NCBI GenBank assembly: GCA_963700635.1
Contig: CAVOYH010000003.1
Location: 1,024,001 to 1,088,000 of the forward strand
Direction of reading: 5' to 3'
Length of the DNA: 64,000 nt
From: an uncultured Bacteroidota bacterium
GTDB lineage: Bacteria > Bacteroidota > Ignavibacteria > UBA10030 > UBA6906
Positions within the stretch are counted from its first letter, which is position 1. Every line of letters starts with the position of its first letter. The translations under genes were made by a program, and so were the position numbers. The notes beneath the pieces are model-generated. The model was given only the letters and a program-made list of their open reading frames with translations, was not told the DNA's origin and ran no database searches. Shown piece by piece: positions 49,888 through 60,470 of the stretch.

Positions 49888-51603
49888 ATGAACCGACGCT
49901 CTGCGGTTGCCGGCATCCTTGATGCCACCCTCCCCGGTCCCGAAGATCCACCTCCGGATCCATCCACAAACTCTTTTGCGAACACCACACTTCCCGCTGT
50001 GCCCCATTCGGGCGCCGGTCTCGAACCGTACACGGGCTTCTGGGGTGCTGTGCAGGTGTCTCATCTGTTACGACGAACAACGTTCGGTCCGGCGCCGGGA
50101 GATGTGCTTGCGTTGCGGACAATGAGCATGCAGCAAGGAGTTGATCTCCTTCTCTCGGCGCAGCCCGAAGCGTCCATGCCGTTGACCACGGACACGCGTG
50201 ACCTCGTTCCTGTGGGGGAGACCTGGGCGTATGCACTCTACAAGGATCCTGCCTCCACATTCACTCCCACCAGTATTCGCACATCGTCCCTCAAGTCATG
50301 GTGGATGGGACTCCTGCTCACACAACCGGTATCCATCCGGGAAAAAATGGTCCTCTTCTGGCACAACCATTTTGTCACGGAACGGGATGTCGTGGGTGAT
50401 CCGCGGTTTACCTGGCGCTATCTGTCGTTGTTGCGGAGCAATGCCCTGGGCAATTGGAAGGACCTTACACGTCTGATGACGACGGACGGCGCGATGCTGC
50501 GGTATCTGAACGGCAACACCAGCACAAAAACCAGTCCGAACGAAAACTACAGCCGCGAACTCCAGGAGCTTTTTTCGATTGGCAAAGGGCCTGAAGCGGC
50601 TCCGGGTGATTATACGTTTTATACCGAAACGGACGTCAAGGCCGCTGCGCGTGTCCTTACGGGATGGCAGGACGATGCGACCGTGCTCACTACTCCGGGA
50701 TCGTCGCCCTGGAAATTCACATCAAGCCGGCACGACACAACGGACAAACAATTTTCGCACCGGTACGGGAACAGGGTGATACCGGGAGGAACCGACGGAC
50801 TGCGCGAGCTCAACGACCTCCTGGACATGATCTTTGCGCAGGAGGCGACGGCAAAACATCTTTGCCGAAAGCTGTACCGCTGGTTTGTGTACTATGTGAT
50901 TGATGAGTGGACAGAGGCCAATATCATTGTGCCGATGGCCAACATCTTTCGTTCGAACAACTATAATGTAATCCCTGTTCTCCAGGCGCTTTTTAAAAGC
51001 GCGCACTTTTATGATCCACTGAGCATGGGGTGTATGATCAAGAGTCCGCTCGATTTTACTGCGGGCATTGCCAGGCTATTCGGTCTCGGTTATCCTGCCG
51101 ACCTGGAGGTCAGATACCGGGTGTTCAATTACATGGCGACGCAGGCGGCGGCGATGCAGCAGGATCTGGCCGATCCACCCAATGTCGCCGGCTGGCCCGC
51201 CTATCACCAGACCCCGCAGTTCAACCAGATCTGGATCAACTCGGATACCCTGCCGCGGCGGACGAACTTCAGCAACACTCTGGTCAGGTCGGGATACAAG
51301 ACCGGCGGGTTTACATACATGATTGATCCTCTGGGATTCGTGCTCAATCTCTCGAACCCGCGTGATCCGAACGCTGTTGTGGAGGAGAGTGCGCGGATTC
51401 TCTTCGCCATACCCATTACGCCTGGCCAGAAGACGTTCCTCCTGCAGACATTGTTGCCCGGGCTGCCGGACTATGAGTGGACGGTGGAATGGGATGCCTA
51501 CACCGCCGATCCCGGCAACCCGCAGAAACTGGCACCGGTGAAATCAAAGCTCCAGACGTTCTATGCATTTATGCTTTCCATGCCCGAGTTCCAACTTCAA
51601 TGA
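49888..51603 (+). CDS. DUF1800 family protein
   Basis: HLLRRTTFG, EKMVLFWHNHF, MLRYLNG...PNENYSRELQELF, PPNVAGW. Confidence 0.93.
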   Translation: MNRRSAVAGILDATLPGPEDPPPDPSTNSFANTTLPAVPHSGAGLEPYTGFWGAVQVSHLLRRTTFGPAPGDVLALRTMSMQQGVDLLLSAQPEASMPLTTDTRDLVPVGETWAYALYKDPASTFTPTSIRTSSLKSWWMGLLLTQPVSIREKMVLFWHNHFVTERDVVGDPRFTWRYLSLLRSNALGNWKDLTRLMTTDGAMLRYLNGNTSTKTSPNENYSRELQELFSIGKGPEAAPGDYTFYTETDVKAAARVLTGWQDDATVLTTPGSSPWKFTSSRHDTTDKQFSHRYGNRVIPGGTDGLRELNDLLDMIFAQEATAKHLCRKLYRWFVYYVIDEWTEANIIVPMANIFRSNNYNVIPVLQALFKSAHFYDPLSMGCMIKSPLDFTAGIARLFGLGYPADLEVRYRVFNYMATQAAAMQQDLADPPNVAGWPAYHQTPQFNQIWINSDTLPRRTNFSNTLVRSGYKTGGFTYMIDPLGFVLNLSNPRDPNAVVEESARILFAIPITPGQKTFLLQTLLPGLPDYEWTVEWDAYTADPGNPQKLAPVKSKLQTFYAFMLSMPEFQLQ

Positions 51604-51614
51604 GCGAAATGTTC

Positions 51615-53219
51615 ATGAATCGCAGACTGTTTCTCAAACGCGCTGTGCCCGTCAGCACTGTACCGTTTCTGCTTGGCGGCTTTTCCCTTCATGCCTTCGG
51701 GCGTTCTCCTTTTCTGGATCAACTGACCGCTCTTGCCGCGGAGACAGACCGTGTGCTCGTGCTGATACAGTTAAACGGCGGTAATGACGGGTTGAATATG
51801 GTGATACCGCGTGACCAGTATCAGGCGCTCGCCGCGGCCCGGTCCAATATCTTGATACCGGAGGCAAAAGTCCTTCCGCTTACGAGCGTCACGGGGCTGC
51901 ATCCATCGATGACCGGACTGCATGCGTTGTATCAGGAGGGAAAGCTTACGGTGCTGCAGAGTGTCGGCTACCCTAATCCGAACTTTTCGCATTTTCGGGC
52001 GACCGACATCTGGCTCACCGGTTCCGATTCGAATCAGATCCTGACAACCGGCTGGCTCGGGCGGTATCTCAACGAAGAGTATCCCGGATTCCCGTCGGGA
52101 TATCCGACGACTGCCATGCCCGACCCGCTGGCGATTCAAATCGGGTCGGTCGTCTCGCCGACATTACACGGGCCAAGCACCTCGATGGGATTGGCGATCA
52201 CGAATCCGAATACATCATACATCCTTCCCGGCGGAGCTGACACACCGCCCCCCACGCCCGCAGGGCATGAACTTGCATTTGTCCGGGAAGTGGCACAGCA
52301 GACTTCCCAGTATGCGTCGGTGATAAAGACTGCGGCAGGCAAAGGGAAAAATCTGTCGGCATTGTATCCCGCGGCCGGGAGCAACTCCCTGGCCGATCAG
52401 ATGAAGATTGTGGCGCAGTTGATTTCCGGCGGACTCAAAACCCGTGTGTACGTGGTGAGTCTTGGCGGTTTTGACACCCACTCGGGCCAGGTGGTTGGCG
52501 GGGCAACCGATACGGGCACCCATGCGACATTGCTGGGGCGTGTGTCAACGGCTATCGCCGCATTTATGGATGATGTGAAGTTGCAGGGGTATGAACAGAA
52601 GGTGCTTGGCTTGACGTTTTCTGAATTCGGGAGGCGGATCAAGTCAAATGCGAGCACGGGCACCGACCATGGTGCTGCGGCGCCGCTGTTTGTCTTCGGT
52701 GCGGGTGTGCAGGGGGGTATCCTGGGGTCCAATCCGGTTCTTCCGGCGTCGGCAACCACCAGCGATAACATCCCCATGCAGTTCGATTATCGGCGGGTGT
52801 ATGCGGCCATCGTCCGGGACTGGTTTGGCGCTACGGCGACACAGCTCTCGACCATTTTGCCCGGGCATCAGCCGTTGCCGATCATCAGAGCCGACATCGC
52901 GCTGGGTGTACAGCAGGATGGTCTTCCTGAGCGGTATTCCCTCAGACAAAACTATCCGAACCCGTTTAACGGGGAGACAAGAATTGGTTTTGATCTGCCG
53001 GCGGGGGTGAATCGCGGTGATGCACAGGGTGGCGGGCGGGTGACGCTCAAGGTCTACGACGTTGCAGGCAGGGAAGTAGCGACTCTTGTGGACGGACCGC
53101 TGGTTCCCGGACAGCACGAAGTAGTCTTTAATGCGTCCCGTTTGTCAAGCGGCATGTACGTGTACCGGTTGAAAGCGGGAAGCCATGATGAAACGAAGCG
53201 CATGGTGCTGGTGCGGTAG
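51615..53219 (+). CDS. DUF1501 family protein with Tat signal and T9SS C-terminal domain
   Basis: MNRRLFLK; LIQLNGGNDGLN, SHFRATD, GGFDTH, SEFGRR, GTDHG; CTD QNYPNPFN...GMYVYRL...KRMVLVR. Confidence 0.93.
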   Translation: MNRRLFLKRAVPVSTVPFLLGGFSLHAFGRSPFLDQLTALAAETDRVLVLIQLNGGNDGLNMVIPRDQYQALAAARSNILIPEAKVLPLTSVTGLHPSMTGLHALYQEGKLTVLQSVGYPNPNFSHFRATDIWLTGSDSNQILTTGWLGRYLNEEYPGFPSGYPTTAMPDPLAIQIGSVVSPTLHGPSTSMGLAITNPNTSYILPGGADTPPPTPAGHELAFVREVAQQTSQYASVIKTAAGKGKNLSALYPAAGSNSLADQMKIVAQLISGGLKTRVYVVSLGGFDTHSGQVVGGATDTGTHATLLGRVSTAIAAFMDDVKLQGYEQKVLGLTFSEFGRRIKSNASTGTDHGAAAPLFVFGAGVQGGILGSNPVLPASATTSDNIPMQFDYRRVYAAIVRDWFGATATQLSTILPGHQPLPIIRADIALGVQQDGLPERYSLRQNYPNPFNGETRIGFDLPAGVNRGDAQGGGRVTLKVYDVAGREVATLVDGPLVPGQHEVVFNASRLSSGMYVYRLKAGSHDETKRMVLVR

Positions 53220-53228
53220 GTGGTGCGG

Positions 53229-53582
53229 CTAGGTTCCCCCGTTATTGTTCCCGCCGTTTCCGTTGTTCGGTCCGGCTCCGTTGTTCGGCTGAGCTCCGTT
53301 GTCCCGCCCGTTTCCGTTGCGCCGGGAGCGGAATAGTGCCCTCATCAGACGTTCTTCGGAACGAAACGTCCTTCGATCGCCGTCGATGAAGTAGAACTCT
53401 CTCTCTCTGGCGGCAAAGAGAATCGGATTACGCCTTGTCATGACCTGTTTCTGGACTCGCAGCACATTATCCCGGTAGATCACGCAGTGGTGCCGCGGGA
53501 GGTAGATACTGGAGGCGTACTTCCATAGAGGCGCAGCGGGTGGAACCGATGTCTCTACGGTGCTCAAGGTCAGTTTCATCAT
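53229..53582 (-). CDS. Hypothetical protein with Asn/Gly-rich tail
   Basis: Only sensible ORF in the gap; plausible globular N-part and NG repeats. Confidence 0.6.
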   Translation of the reverse strand: MMKLTLSTVETSVPPAAPLWKYASSIYLPRHHCVIYRDNVLRVQKQVMTRRNPILFAAREREFYFIDGDRRTFRSEERLMRALFRSRRNGNGRDNGAQPNNGAGPNNGNGGNNNGGT

Positions 53583-53665
53583 GCGTGCAGGTCGGATGTG
53601 GGTTGAGTGGAGGTAAGATAAGGCTGGAGCACCTGCTTAACCGTGACCGCGGGCACACGGTGGAG

Positions 53666-53694
53666 TTGAAACGGGGGGGAAAGTTGTGTATATT
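53666..53694 (+). promoter_or_regulatory. sigma70 promoter for tRNA-Pro
   Basis: TTGAAA-N17-TATATT. Confidence 0.65.
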
Positions 53695-53732
53695 TAGAGC
53701 GTTCTTCAGTCGGAACTGAGACTGATGAGAAT

Positions 53733-53806
53733 CGGGGCGTAGCTCAGCCCGGCAGAGCGCTTGCTTTGGGAGCAAGAAGTCGCAGGTTCAAATCCTGTCG
53801 CCCCGA
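53733..53806 (+). tRNA. tRNA-Pro (TGG)
   Basis: Acceptor CGGGGCG/CGCCCCG; anticodon arm CTTGC-TTTGGGA-GCAAG; T-loop GTTCAAAT; CCA not encoded. Confidence 0.95.
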
Positions 53807-53963
53807 CGAATTACTTCAAGTTGATCCCACAGAACCTCCTACACACTCCCGCTCACTTCTCCAGCTCCACCGGACGAACAATTGACTTTCCGTGTTGGGC
53901 TGGGTACCTTCCTTTGCACAGACTGTGCGTCATCCAACAGCGAGAGACAGATCCCCCTGCGCG

Positions 53964-54449
53964 ATGGAACACGCTGAACACCCGCCGCGGTCATTGGTGC
54001 TACGCAGGTTCGAGCACGAGGTTGTCGAGCTCCTACCTGCAAATATTTCTACGGAAGGATCGCCCAATCCGGCTGCAGCCTGCCGGATAACAACTCACAC
54101 AGACGGAGACACCCGGGTCTACACAGTGCTCCTTCCCGAAAGTCTCATCGTCCATCCCGTAGACTGGAGACGATTCTCATACGATCACGCAAAGGTGTGC
54201 GAGCTCCTGTCGTTATGTGTTCGGGATAATCTTATGTCAGCACGGTTGAGCCCTGGTCAGATGAGCTCAGAGAAAGAGGTAGAAGCTACGTTGATGGTGG
54301 CCCTGGGCGATTTGAGTTCTCTCTTCGATCTGGAGTCCTTGCGTGCCGAATTGAAGGAGGGTAGCACGATGCAGATCACACTAAGGGGAGAACACAAGAA
54401 TGGCGAACGCAAAACCTATTGTGTTGTCGTCGAACGTGATTCGGTCTAA
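53964..54449 (+). CDS. Hypothetical protein
   Basis: ORF between tRNA-Pro and the methyltransferase; start uncertain; no motif recognised. Confidence 0.55.
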   Translation: MEHAEHPPRSLVLRRFEHEVVELLPANISTEGSPNPAAACRITTHTDGDTRVYTVLLPESLIVHPVDWRRFSYDHAKVCELLSLCVRDNLMSARLSPGQMSSEKEVEATLMVALGDLSSLFDLESLRAELKEGSTMQITLRGEHKNGERKTYCVVVERDSV

Positions 54450-54472
54450 CGGGATAAGAGGAATCGGGAATC

Positions 54473-55198
54473 ATGGACCAGATCGTGGAACGCGGAAAAC
54501 CTGCCGAGTACGGGCAGGAACTCGTCAAACGGCGGGCGCGGATCACGGCCGCGTTAGTTTCGTTACGCAACAGATTGGTCCTTGATTTTGGATGTGGCAA
54601 TGGTGCACAAACAATCGAATTGGCGAAACATGGATGCCAGATCGTGGCCTGTGACATCGATCCCGCTGACCTGGAGGTTCTTGCCGGGTATGCCGCAGTG
54701 AACAAGGTTGCCTCGGTTAAGACCGTGTTGTACGACGGAACACGTTTGCCTGCTCCGGATGCACATTTTGATGCGCTTGTCAGCTATGCAGTGCTGGAGC
54801 ATGTCGAGGACGAAAACAATGCGCTTGATGAGATGTTTCGTGTTCTGAAGAGTTCGGGACACCTGGTCATGTCCGTCCCCAACAAATGGTGGATATTTGA
54901 AACTCACGGGGCCCGGTTACCTCTTCTGCCATGGAATCGGGTACCATTCTTTTCATGGCTCCCGAAAAACATACACGCCAGATTCGCAAAAGCGAGAATT
55001 TATACAAGGCATGAGATCACAACCCGATTAAGCGAGCACGGGTTTGAGATCGTTGATACGTACTACATGACGGCTCCGATGGATGTTGTCAGATCGCCAA
55101 TGGTGAAGGAATTGCTGCGCAAGACGGTTTTCAGGAATGATGTGACCCGTATCCCAATGCTCTCGACAGAAATCTTTGTTCACTGCAGGAAAAAGTAG
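54473..55198 (+). CDS. Class I SAM-dependent methyltransferase
   Basis: VLDFGCGNG, LP..DAHFD, VLEHVED, RVLKSSG...VPN. Confidence 0.92.
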   Translation: MDQIVERGKPAEYGQELVKRRARITAALVSLRNRLVLDFGCGNGAQTIELAKHGCQIVACDIDPADLEVLAGYAAVNKVASVKTVLYDGTRLPAPDAHFDALVSYAVLEHVEDENNALDEMFRVLKSSGHLVMSVPNKWWIFETHGARLPLLPWNRVPFFSWLPKNIHARFAKARIYTRHEITTRLSEHGFEIVDTYYMTAPMDVVRSPMVKELLRKTVFRNDVTRIPMLSTEIFVHCRKK

Positions 55199-55234
55199 GG
55201 TTACCCGGGGATGCCGGAATGCGACCCGCTTCTT

Positions 55235-55263
55235 TTGCAAATTTCTCGGGAATTTCTTATACT
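55235..55263 (+). promoter_or_regulatory. sigma70 promoter for tRNA-Arg/tRNA-Glu
   Basis: TTGCAA-N17-TATACT. Confidence 0.7.
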
Positions 55264-55317
55264 TAATACTCTTGTGCGGTCGGTCAAGGCCGGCCCCCGT
55301 TGTGCGCCTGGAATCAC

Positions 55318-55390
55318 GGCCCCGTAGCTCAACGGATAGAGCAACAGCCTTCTAAGCTGTAGGTTCCGCGTTCGAGTCGCGGCGGGGTCA
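55318..55390 (+). tRNA. tRNA-Arg (TCT)
   Basis: Acceptor GGCCCCG/CGGGGTC; anticodon arm ACAGC-CTTCTAA-GCTGT; GTTCGAGT. Confidence 0.95.
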
Positions 55391-55428
55391 CACGCTTTCG
55401 GCATGGCGCCGCAGGTAATACAAGCACC

Positions 55429-55501
55429 GCCCCCATCGTCTAGAGGCCTAGGACACGGGCTTTTCAAGCCTGTAACACGAGTTCGAATCTCGTTGGGGGC
55501 A
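55429..55501 (+). tRNA. tRNA-Glu (TTC)
   Basis: Acceptor GCCCCCA/TGGGGGC; anticodon arm CGGGC-TTTTCAA-GCCTG; GTTCGAAT. Confidence 0.95.
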
Positions 55502-55603
55502 CACGACTTACAACTGCTCCAGTTCACCTGTTAACAAATCTGCTAACACTTTTTTAGTAGAGAGGCAGGCATGCCTCGCCGAGCACGCCGTGGGGGGCGC
55601 ATC

Positions 55604-56068
55604 ATGAGTCAGGCAACGAACGCTTCAGAGACAAGCAAGAGCGAGGCTGCGCCGGCATATCACGGAAGTTGTTTTGCGTGCGGAGCGGACAACGCCGATG
55701 GGCTGCACCTGCAGTTCACGACCACAGGGAAAAGGAACACAGGCACCCTTGTCATCGACGCGCGTTTTCAGGGATATGACAACATCGCTCAAGGAGGCAT
55801 CGTCGCCACGATCTTGGATTCCGCCATGGTGCGATTGCTGCGTGCACTCCACGGAGGCAATCCCATGACCGGCCGCCTGGATATTCGATTTCTTACACCG
55901 ACACCCCTGCACAGACCGCTCACCGTCAATGCGTCGATCTTGAACCAACGCGGAGACACGTTCTGGGCAGAGGCGAAGATACTCGAAGGAACAACCTGTT
56001 GTGCAATAGCAAAAGGTGTATTCAGAATTCAGTGCCACCACTCACCCGGTCCTCTCAACCCTCCCTAA
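55604..56068 (+). CDS. PaaI-family hot-dog thioesterase
   Basis: CFACGADNADGLHL, FQGY..IAQGGIVATILDSAM, LDIRFLTPTP; the 3' end merges into a rhodanese remnant. Confidence 0.85.
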   Translation: MSQATNASETSKSEAAPAYHGSCFACGADNADGLHLQFTTTGKRNTGTLVIDARFQGYDNIAQGGIVATILDSAMVRLLRALHGGNPMTGRLDIRFLTPTPLHRPLTVNASILNQRGDTFWAEAKILEGTTCCAIAKGVFRIQCHHSPGPLNPP

Positions 56069-56310
56069 GAACCACCTGCTCGTCACCTATTGCGACGGCG
56101 AAGGCTGCAATTCAAGCGTGGAGCCTCCCAAACGGCTCTACGAGTCAGGATTCACTAACGTGAAGGTCTTCTTCTCGGATTGCTCGTACGCGGAAGTTCC
56201 CTTCTGGTCCTGATCATGCTCAATGTGTTCACCATCGTGGTGTTCTCCGCCCTCTGGCAAGGATTGGACATCTCATGCGGATACTACACGCAGGATCCGG
56301 CGGCAGAATT
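56025..56310 (+). pseudogene. Fused remnants of a rhodanese-domain gene and a MauE/DoxX membrane gene
   Basis: LPKNHLLVTYCDGEGCNSS...LYESGFTNVKVFF, followed in another frame by LLVRGSSLLV...SALWQGLDISCG; both lack N-termini. Confidence 0.7.
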
Positions 56311-56335
56311 GAGGTGTTGCGCATTCTCTCTGACT

Positions 56336-57177
56336 CTAGTACCCCACTGCAAAGAGCGCCAGTCCGATGATCAGCCCGAACGTCAGATTAAAAAGCTTGA
56401 TTCTCACGGAATCTTTCAGTGAAAACGAAAGCATGGGGAGCATGCCGTGGCCATCCTGGACAATGGAACTGGTGAGGAGGACCGAAAACGGTATGAGCCC
56501 CTGGGCGAACAACGTCACAATGATCAGATGCGGCCCGGACTCGGGAATCAGCCCAACCAGAGCGCCGAGGAAGAGAAACGCTATCCGGTATTCGGATGTG
56601 AACGCTTCCATGTGCAGGTACTGAAGGCCGAACTCAACAATCGTCAGCGCACCAAACGTCCAGAGCGCAGTCTTCCAGAGATGTTTCTTGACAATGTGCT
56701 CGATGACGTGCACCTTCACATAGTGCGAGAAACTCCGCTCTGTGGAATGCGTCACCATTTCATTGCAATTCTCACACGTCTTGATATGCAGTCTCTTCAC
56801 CACGATATCAATTACCCACCCTCCAAACACACCGATCACAAAGAGAACCCCGAAGAGAAGCAGAGCCTCTCGCGGGAACATCGCCAGCATCACAAAAGCT
56901 TCATCACCCGACACGGCGATCATTGAACCTGCCAATGCCCCGAAGCTGATCAGCCCATGCATATAGAGGGACACATTCGTGAATCCTCCGATACATCCCG
57001 GGACGGTGCCGATCAGTGAGGAGAAACGTACTGGCGGAGTGTGGTCTTCTCCTGAAAGAACGATGCAACCCGTCTCTTCGTCCAGACATTCAGGAGATCC
57101 ACCAGAATCATCATCACTGCAACGAGTATGGTGATCTGAAGCGTTTCCAGCACCAGTTCTTGCACGACCGTCAGCAT
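56336..57177 (-). pseudogene. Putative manganese/metal permease (DUF2899-like), frameshift near 57022
   Basis: MLTVVQELVLETLQIT...RQYV, then SSLIGTVPGCIGGFTNVSLY...SGDEAFVM...IPESGPH...IVQDGHGMLP. Confidence 0.8.
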
Positions 57178-57373
57178 GTCATCTTTTTGGATTTGTTCAT
57201 GGCACCACAGCGCACACGGATGCGCTAGTCTTCGGTTTCGATCCACATCGACAGACCGTGCTCGGAAACAAGCCCTTCACCGGCCTGGTTGTCGACCAGA
57301 ATCGTTACCTGCACATGAGCAGTCGTCATGGAAGCTTCCATACCTACCCGCGTTCCGGCATCAACGGGGGAGG

Positions 57374-57712
57374 TCAGTGGTCACAGGCGTTGGACCCCAC
57401 CTGCAGCGTCTTTGCCAGATAGGCTGCCACCAGTGCGTCCGGTGTCTCGGCTGGAGCGCCCACCACAACTTCGATCCCCTGTTGGGTGAAAAGGCTCTGT
57501 GCTCGTTGCCCCATGCCTCCGGCGATAATCAGATTCGCACCCCGTTCTGCAAGCCACCCCGGCAAGAGTCCCGGCTCGTGCGGAGGGGCGTCGATGTTCT
57601 CACGTTTGAGTATCTTCTTTGTCGCGGGGTCCACATCGACGAGGGCAAAACACTCACAGTGCCCGAAATGCATCGACAATTTCCCGTCCGCTAGTGGAAT
57701 GGCAATTTTCAT
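57374..57712 (-). CDS. NifB/NifX-family (dinitrogenase FeMo-cofactor-like) protein
   Basis: MKIAIP...HFGHCECF...PPHEPG...GGMGQRA...NACDH; intact. Confidence 0.9.
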   Translation of the reverse strand: MKIAIPLADGKLSMHFGHCECFALVDVDPATKKILKRENIDAPPHEPGLLPGWLAERGANLIIAGGMGQRAQSLFTQQGIEVVVGAPAETPDALVAAYLAKTLQVGSNACDH

Positions 57713-57731
57713 CTGTTTCTTTCCTTACGTA

Positions 57732-58145
57732 TTATGGTTTTCGCACTTCTTTCGATGACGATGATTTTGTTTTCAAATATTCCTCGCACACCGCCTTGAG
57801 AGTAATCGCAGCCAGGAGGGCACAGTGCTCGGACTCTGGTGGAAACCCACCCAGAGCATCCAAGATATCTCGTTGCCGCATGACTGCCGCATCTTCCACG
57901 CGCTTACCCTCAGCCAGGACCGTTGCCATACTTCCGCATGCCAGGGAAGAGCCGCATCCATCTGTAATGAATGATGTCTTTTCCACATTGCCGTTTCGAA
58001 CAGACAACCAGAACTGCATGGTGTCTCCACAGGGTCCGGTAACTCTCGCGACGGCGTCGAAATCCTTCAACGGCCCATGATTTCGTGGGTTCGTCGCGTG
58101 ATCCATGGGCACTGCGGAAAAACCATTAAGATGACCGCATCCCAT
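57732..58145 (-). CDS. IscU/NifU-like Fe-S scaffold domain protein
   Basis: HATNPRN, GPCGDTM, TDGCGSSLACGS, ESEHCALLA. Confidence 0.85.
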   Translation of the reverse strand: MGCGHLNGFSAVPMDHATNPRNHGPLKDFDAVARVTGPCGDTMQFWLSVRNGNVEKTSFITDGCGSSLACGSMATVLAEGKRVEDAAVMRQRDILDALGGFPPESEHCALLAAITLKAVCEEYLKTKSSSSKEVRKP

Positions 58146-58160
58146 ATTTCTTGTTCCCTC

Positions 58161-59043
58161 CTACAAAGAAAGTTGTCGCCATATATGATGAATGTCCTCT
58201 GCACACGCGGCCCCGGTCTCCACAACAGCCCGCTCCTGCATCTGGGCCAGGGTTACAGAGCGGTCGTATCGAATGCGGCCCGCAATCCGTGCGCCGTTTC
58301 GCTGCGCCTTGTCCTCGATTCGCTCCGTCATTTCCGGATTAAGGTCCCACTTGTTTACACAGACCGCCGCCGGCACGTTGAAGTGACGCGTCAGGGAGAG
58401 AACCCGTTCCATGTCATGCTCGCCGGAGACCGTTGGTTCCGTGACCACCAACACGAGCGATGCACCGGTCACCGAAGCGATCACCGGACAGCCGATACCC
58501 GGGGGACCGTCCACGATGATGAGGGAATGATGCCCTTCCTCCGCAATCCGTCGGGCCTCCTGGCGGACCGTGGAAACCAGCTTGCCCGAGTTTTCGGCCG
58601 CAACGCCCAGTCTGGCATGAACCATGGGGCCGCAGCGGGTTTCCGATATCATCCATTCGCCGCTCACCACTGTCTTGAATTCGATGGCATTTTCTGCACA
58701 GAACCGTACGCAGACGCCACAGCCCTCGCAGGCAATCGGGTCAATGCGATAGGTCCTGCTCACTCGGCCATTACCGTTCCCGTCGAAATATATCGCGCCG
58801 AAATTGCATAGCTCCTCACACTTACCGCAGGCGATACAGTGGCCGGCCATGATCCTGGCCTTTTCCCCTCCAAAGAACTTATTCCGCCGGGTGTTCTTCG
58901 GCCTCAGAACCAGATGCAGATCTGATGCGTCCACATCGCAGTCGGCGATGACCGGCCGGTTCGCCAGAACGGCGAACGAGGCGGTCGAGATGCTGGTCTT
59001 ACCCGTTCCACCCTTCCCGCTGACAACAACCGAATTCTTTCAT
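58161..59043 (-). pseudogene. MinD-superfamily P-loop ATPase with 4Fe-4S motifs, frameshifted near the 5' end
   Basis: MKE../VVVSGKGGTGKTS/..DCDVDASDLHL, CIACGKCEELC, CEGCGVCVRFC, ENSGKLV, DGPPGIGCPV, VTEPT. Confidence 0.85.
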
Positions 59044-59970
59044 CGCGATACCCCCCCGGAGTATCCTCCAGACCAGCTGCAGCGTAGAAGGTCTGTCGGT
59101 CGGGAGAAACCGAGTTTGCCTTTCCGGCAGCGATCAACACTTCGAGGCGTTTGAACTTCTCGATCAGACCCTCGAAGAGTCTCCGGTATTCCGGCAACGC
59201 CTCTACGATCAGCTCTCCTCTGGAGTAGGCTTCTGCAATCCGTCGGTCTTCGGGGATTTCCAGAAGGATGGTAATCCTTTCTTGCCTGCAGAACAGATGC
59301 ACCCGGTCGTCCCCGATTCCTACCCGGTTGACGACAACCCCAAAGGGTAATCCGAACTCCCGCACCGTGTCGACGGCGAGCCTGAGATCGTGTAGCCCGA
59401 AGGGGGTCGGCTCCGTGACGAGGAGAACGAAATCCGCGTCTCTGAGGGTAGTGATGACCGGGCACGAGGTTCCGGGAGGAGCATCCAGAATGGCGGGCAG
59501 GCCGCTTTGAACCGAGCCTTGACGTCGCGAATAAGGGGTGGAGCCATGACTCCCCGACGTCCATGCAGCCCTGGATCAGGGTGATATTCTCCGCCTGCAG
59601 CGTTTCCACCACACCGATGCGCTTTTCCACATCGTGAATTGCATACCCTCGGACAAACCAACGCACATCCCCCACAACCGTGGCACATTTCGGGAAAGAC
59701 AATCGCTTTGCTTCCGAACGAGACGATGGCGTGGTACGCGCACAAACGTCCGCACTCGCCGCAACCATCGCAAAGGGATTCGTCCACCTCCGGAATCGGA
59801 ATGGTGACGATTTCCTTCTTGATCGAGTCACCGTTCAGGAACAGGTGCGCATTTGGCTCTTCCACATCGCAGTCGAGTAGCTGAACATCGGATCCCCACA
59901 TCCGGGCCATGTTCACTGACACGGTCGTCTTGCCAGTGCCGCCTTTGCCTGAAGCGACGGCGAAAATCAT
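59040..59970 (-). pseudogene. Second MinD-superfamily 4Fe-4S P-loop ATPase, several frameshifts
   Basis: MIFAVASGKGGTGKTT, DCDVEEPN, CDGCGECGRLC, CHGCGGCALVCP; C-terminal GVVVNR...IPEDRRIAEAYSRG in another frame. Confidence 0.85.
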
Positions 59971-60470
59971 GAGATACCTCCGCCGCTGTAACCCCGCCGG
60001 CCCAGTCGTTGAGCCGTTTCCTCGTCGACACCATCCTGCCACCCGTTGCGGGAGGTCCTGACGTAGTCGAACTTGGAGGTATAGGGCTTGATGTCGAGAA
60101 GCGGTGTTCCGTCCAGAATGTCCACGCCGTACGGGATCCAGAACATTGTTGTCGCGACGCACCAGTTCAACCACGCTTAAGCCGAAGGCGTTCGGGCGGC
60201 ACGGTGCTCGTGTAACGAATACGCCGCGCTTGATGTCCTGGAGAAACGGCTTGACCATCAGCTTGGTGGTGCAGGGCCTGGTGGAAGTGGTAGATGAGGT
60301 AGACATGCGAGAACCCTCCGAGATCGCGGAGTCCTTCTGCGAATTCCGTGAAGATCTTGGCTCCACCAGGCAGTCGGACGCATACACCGGCTGGATGGGT
60401 GTTTTCTCGGCGATACGTGTTCGCTCCGGATACACCGATGGGCTTGTAGAGGATTGACAGGTTCGTTCAT
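59967..60470 (-). pseudogene. tsaA: tRNA m6t6A37 methyltransferase TrmO, fragmented
   Basis: TPIQPVYA, RGVFVTRAPCRPNAFGLSVVEL and VDILDGTPLLDIKPY spread over three frames. Confidence 0.85.
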
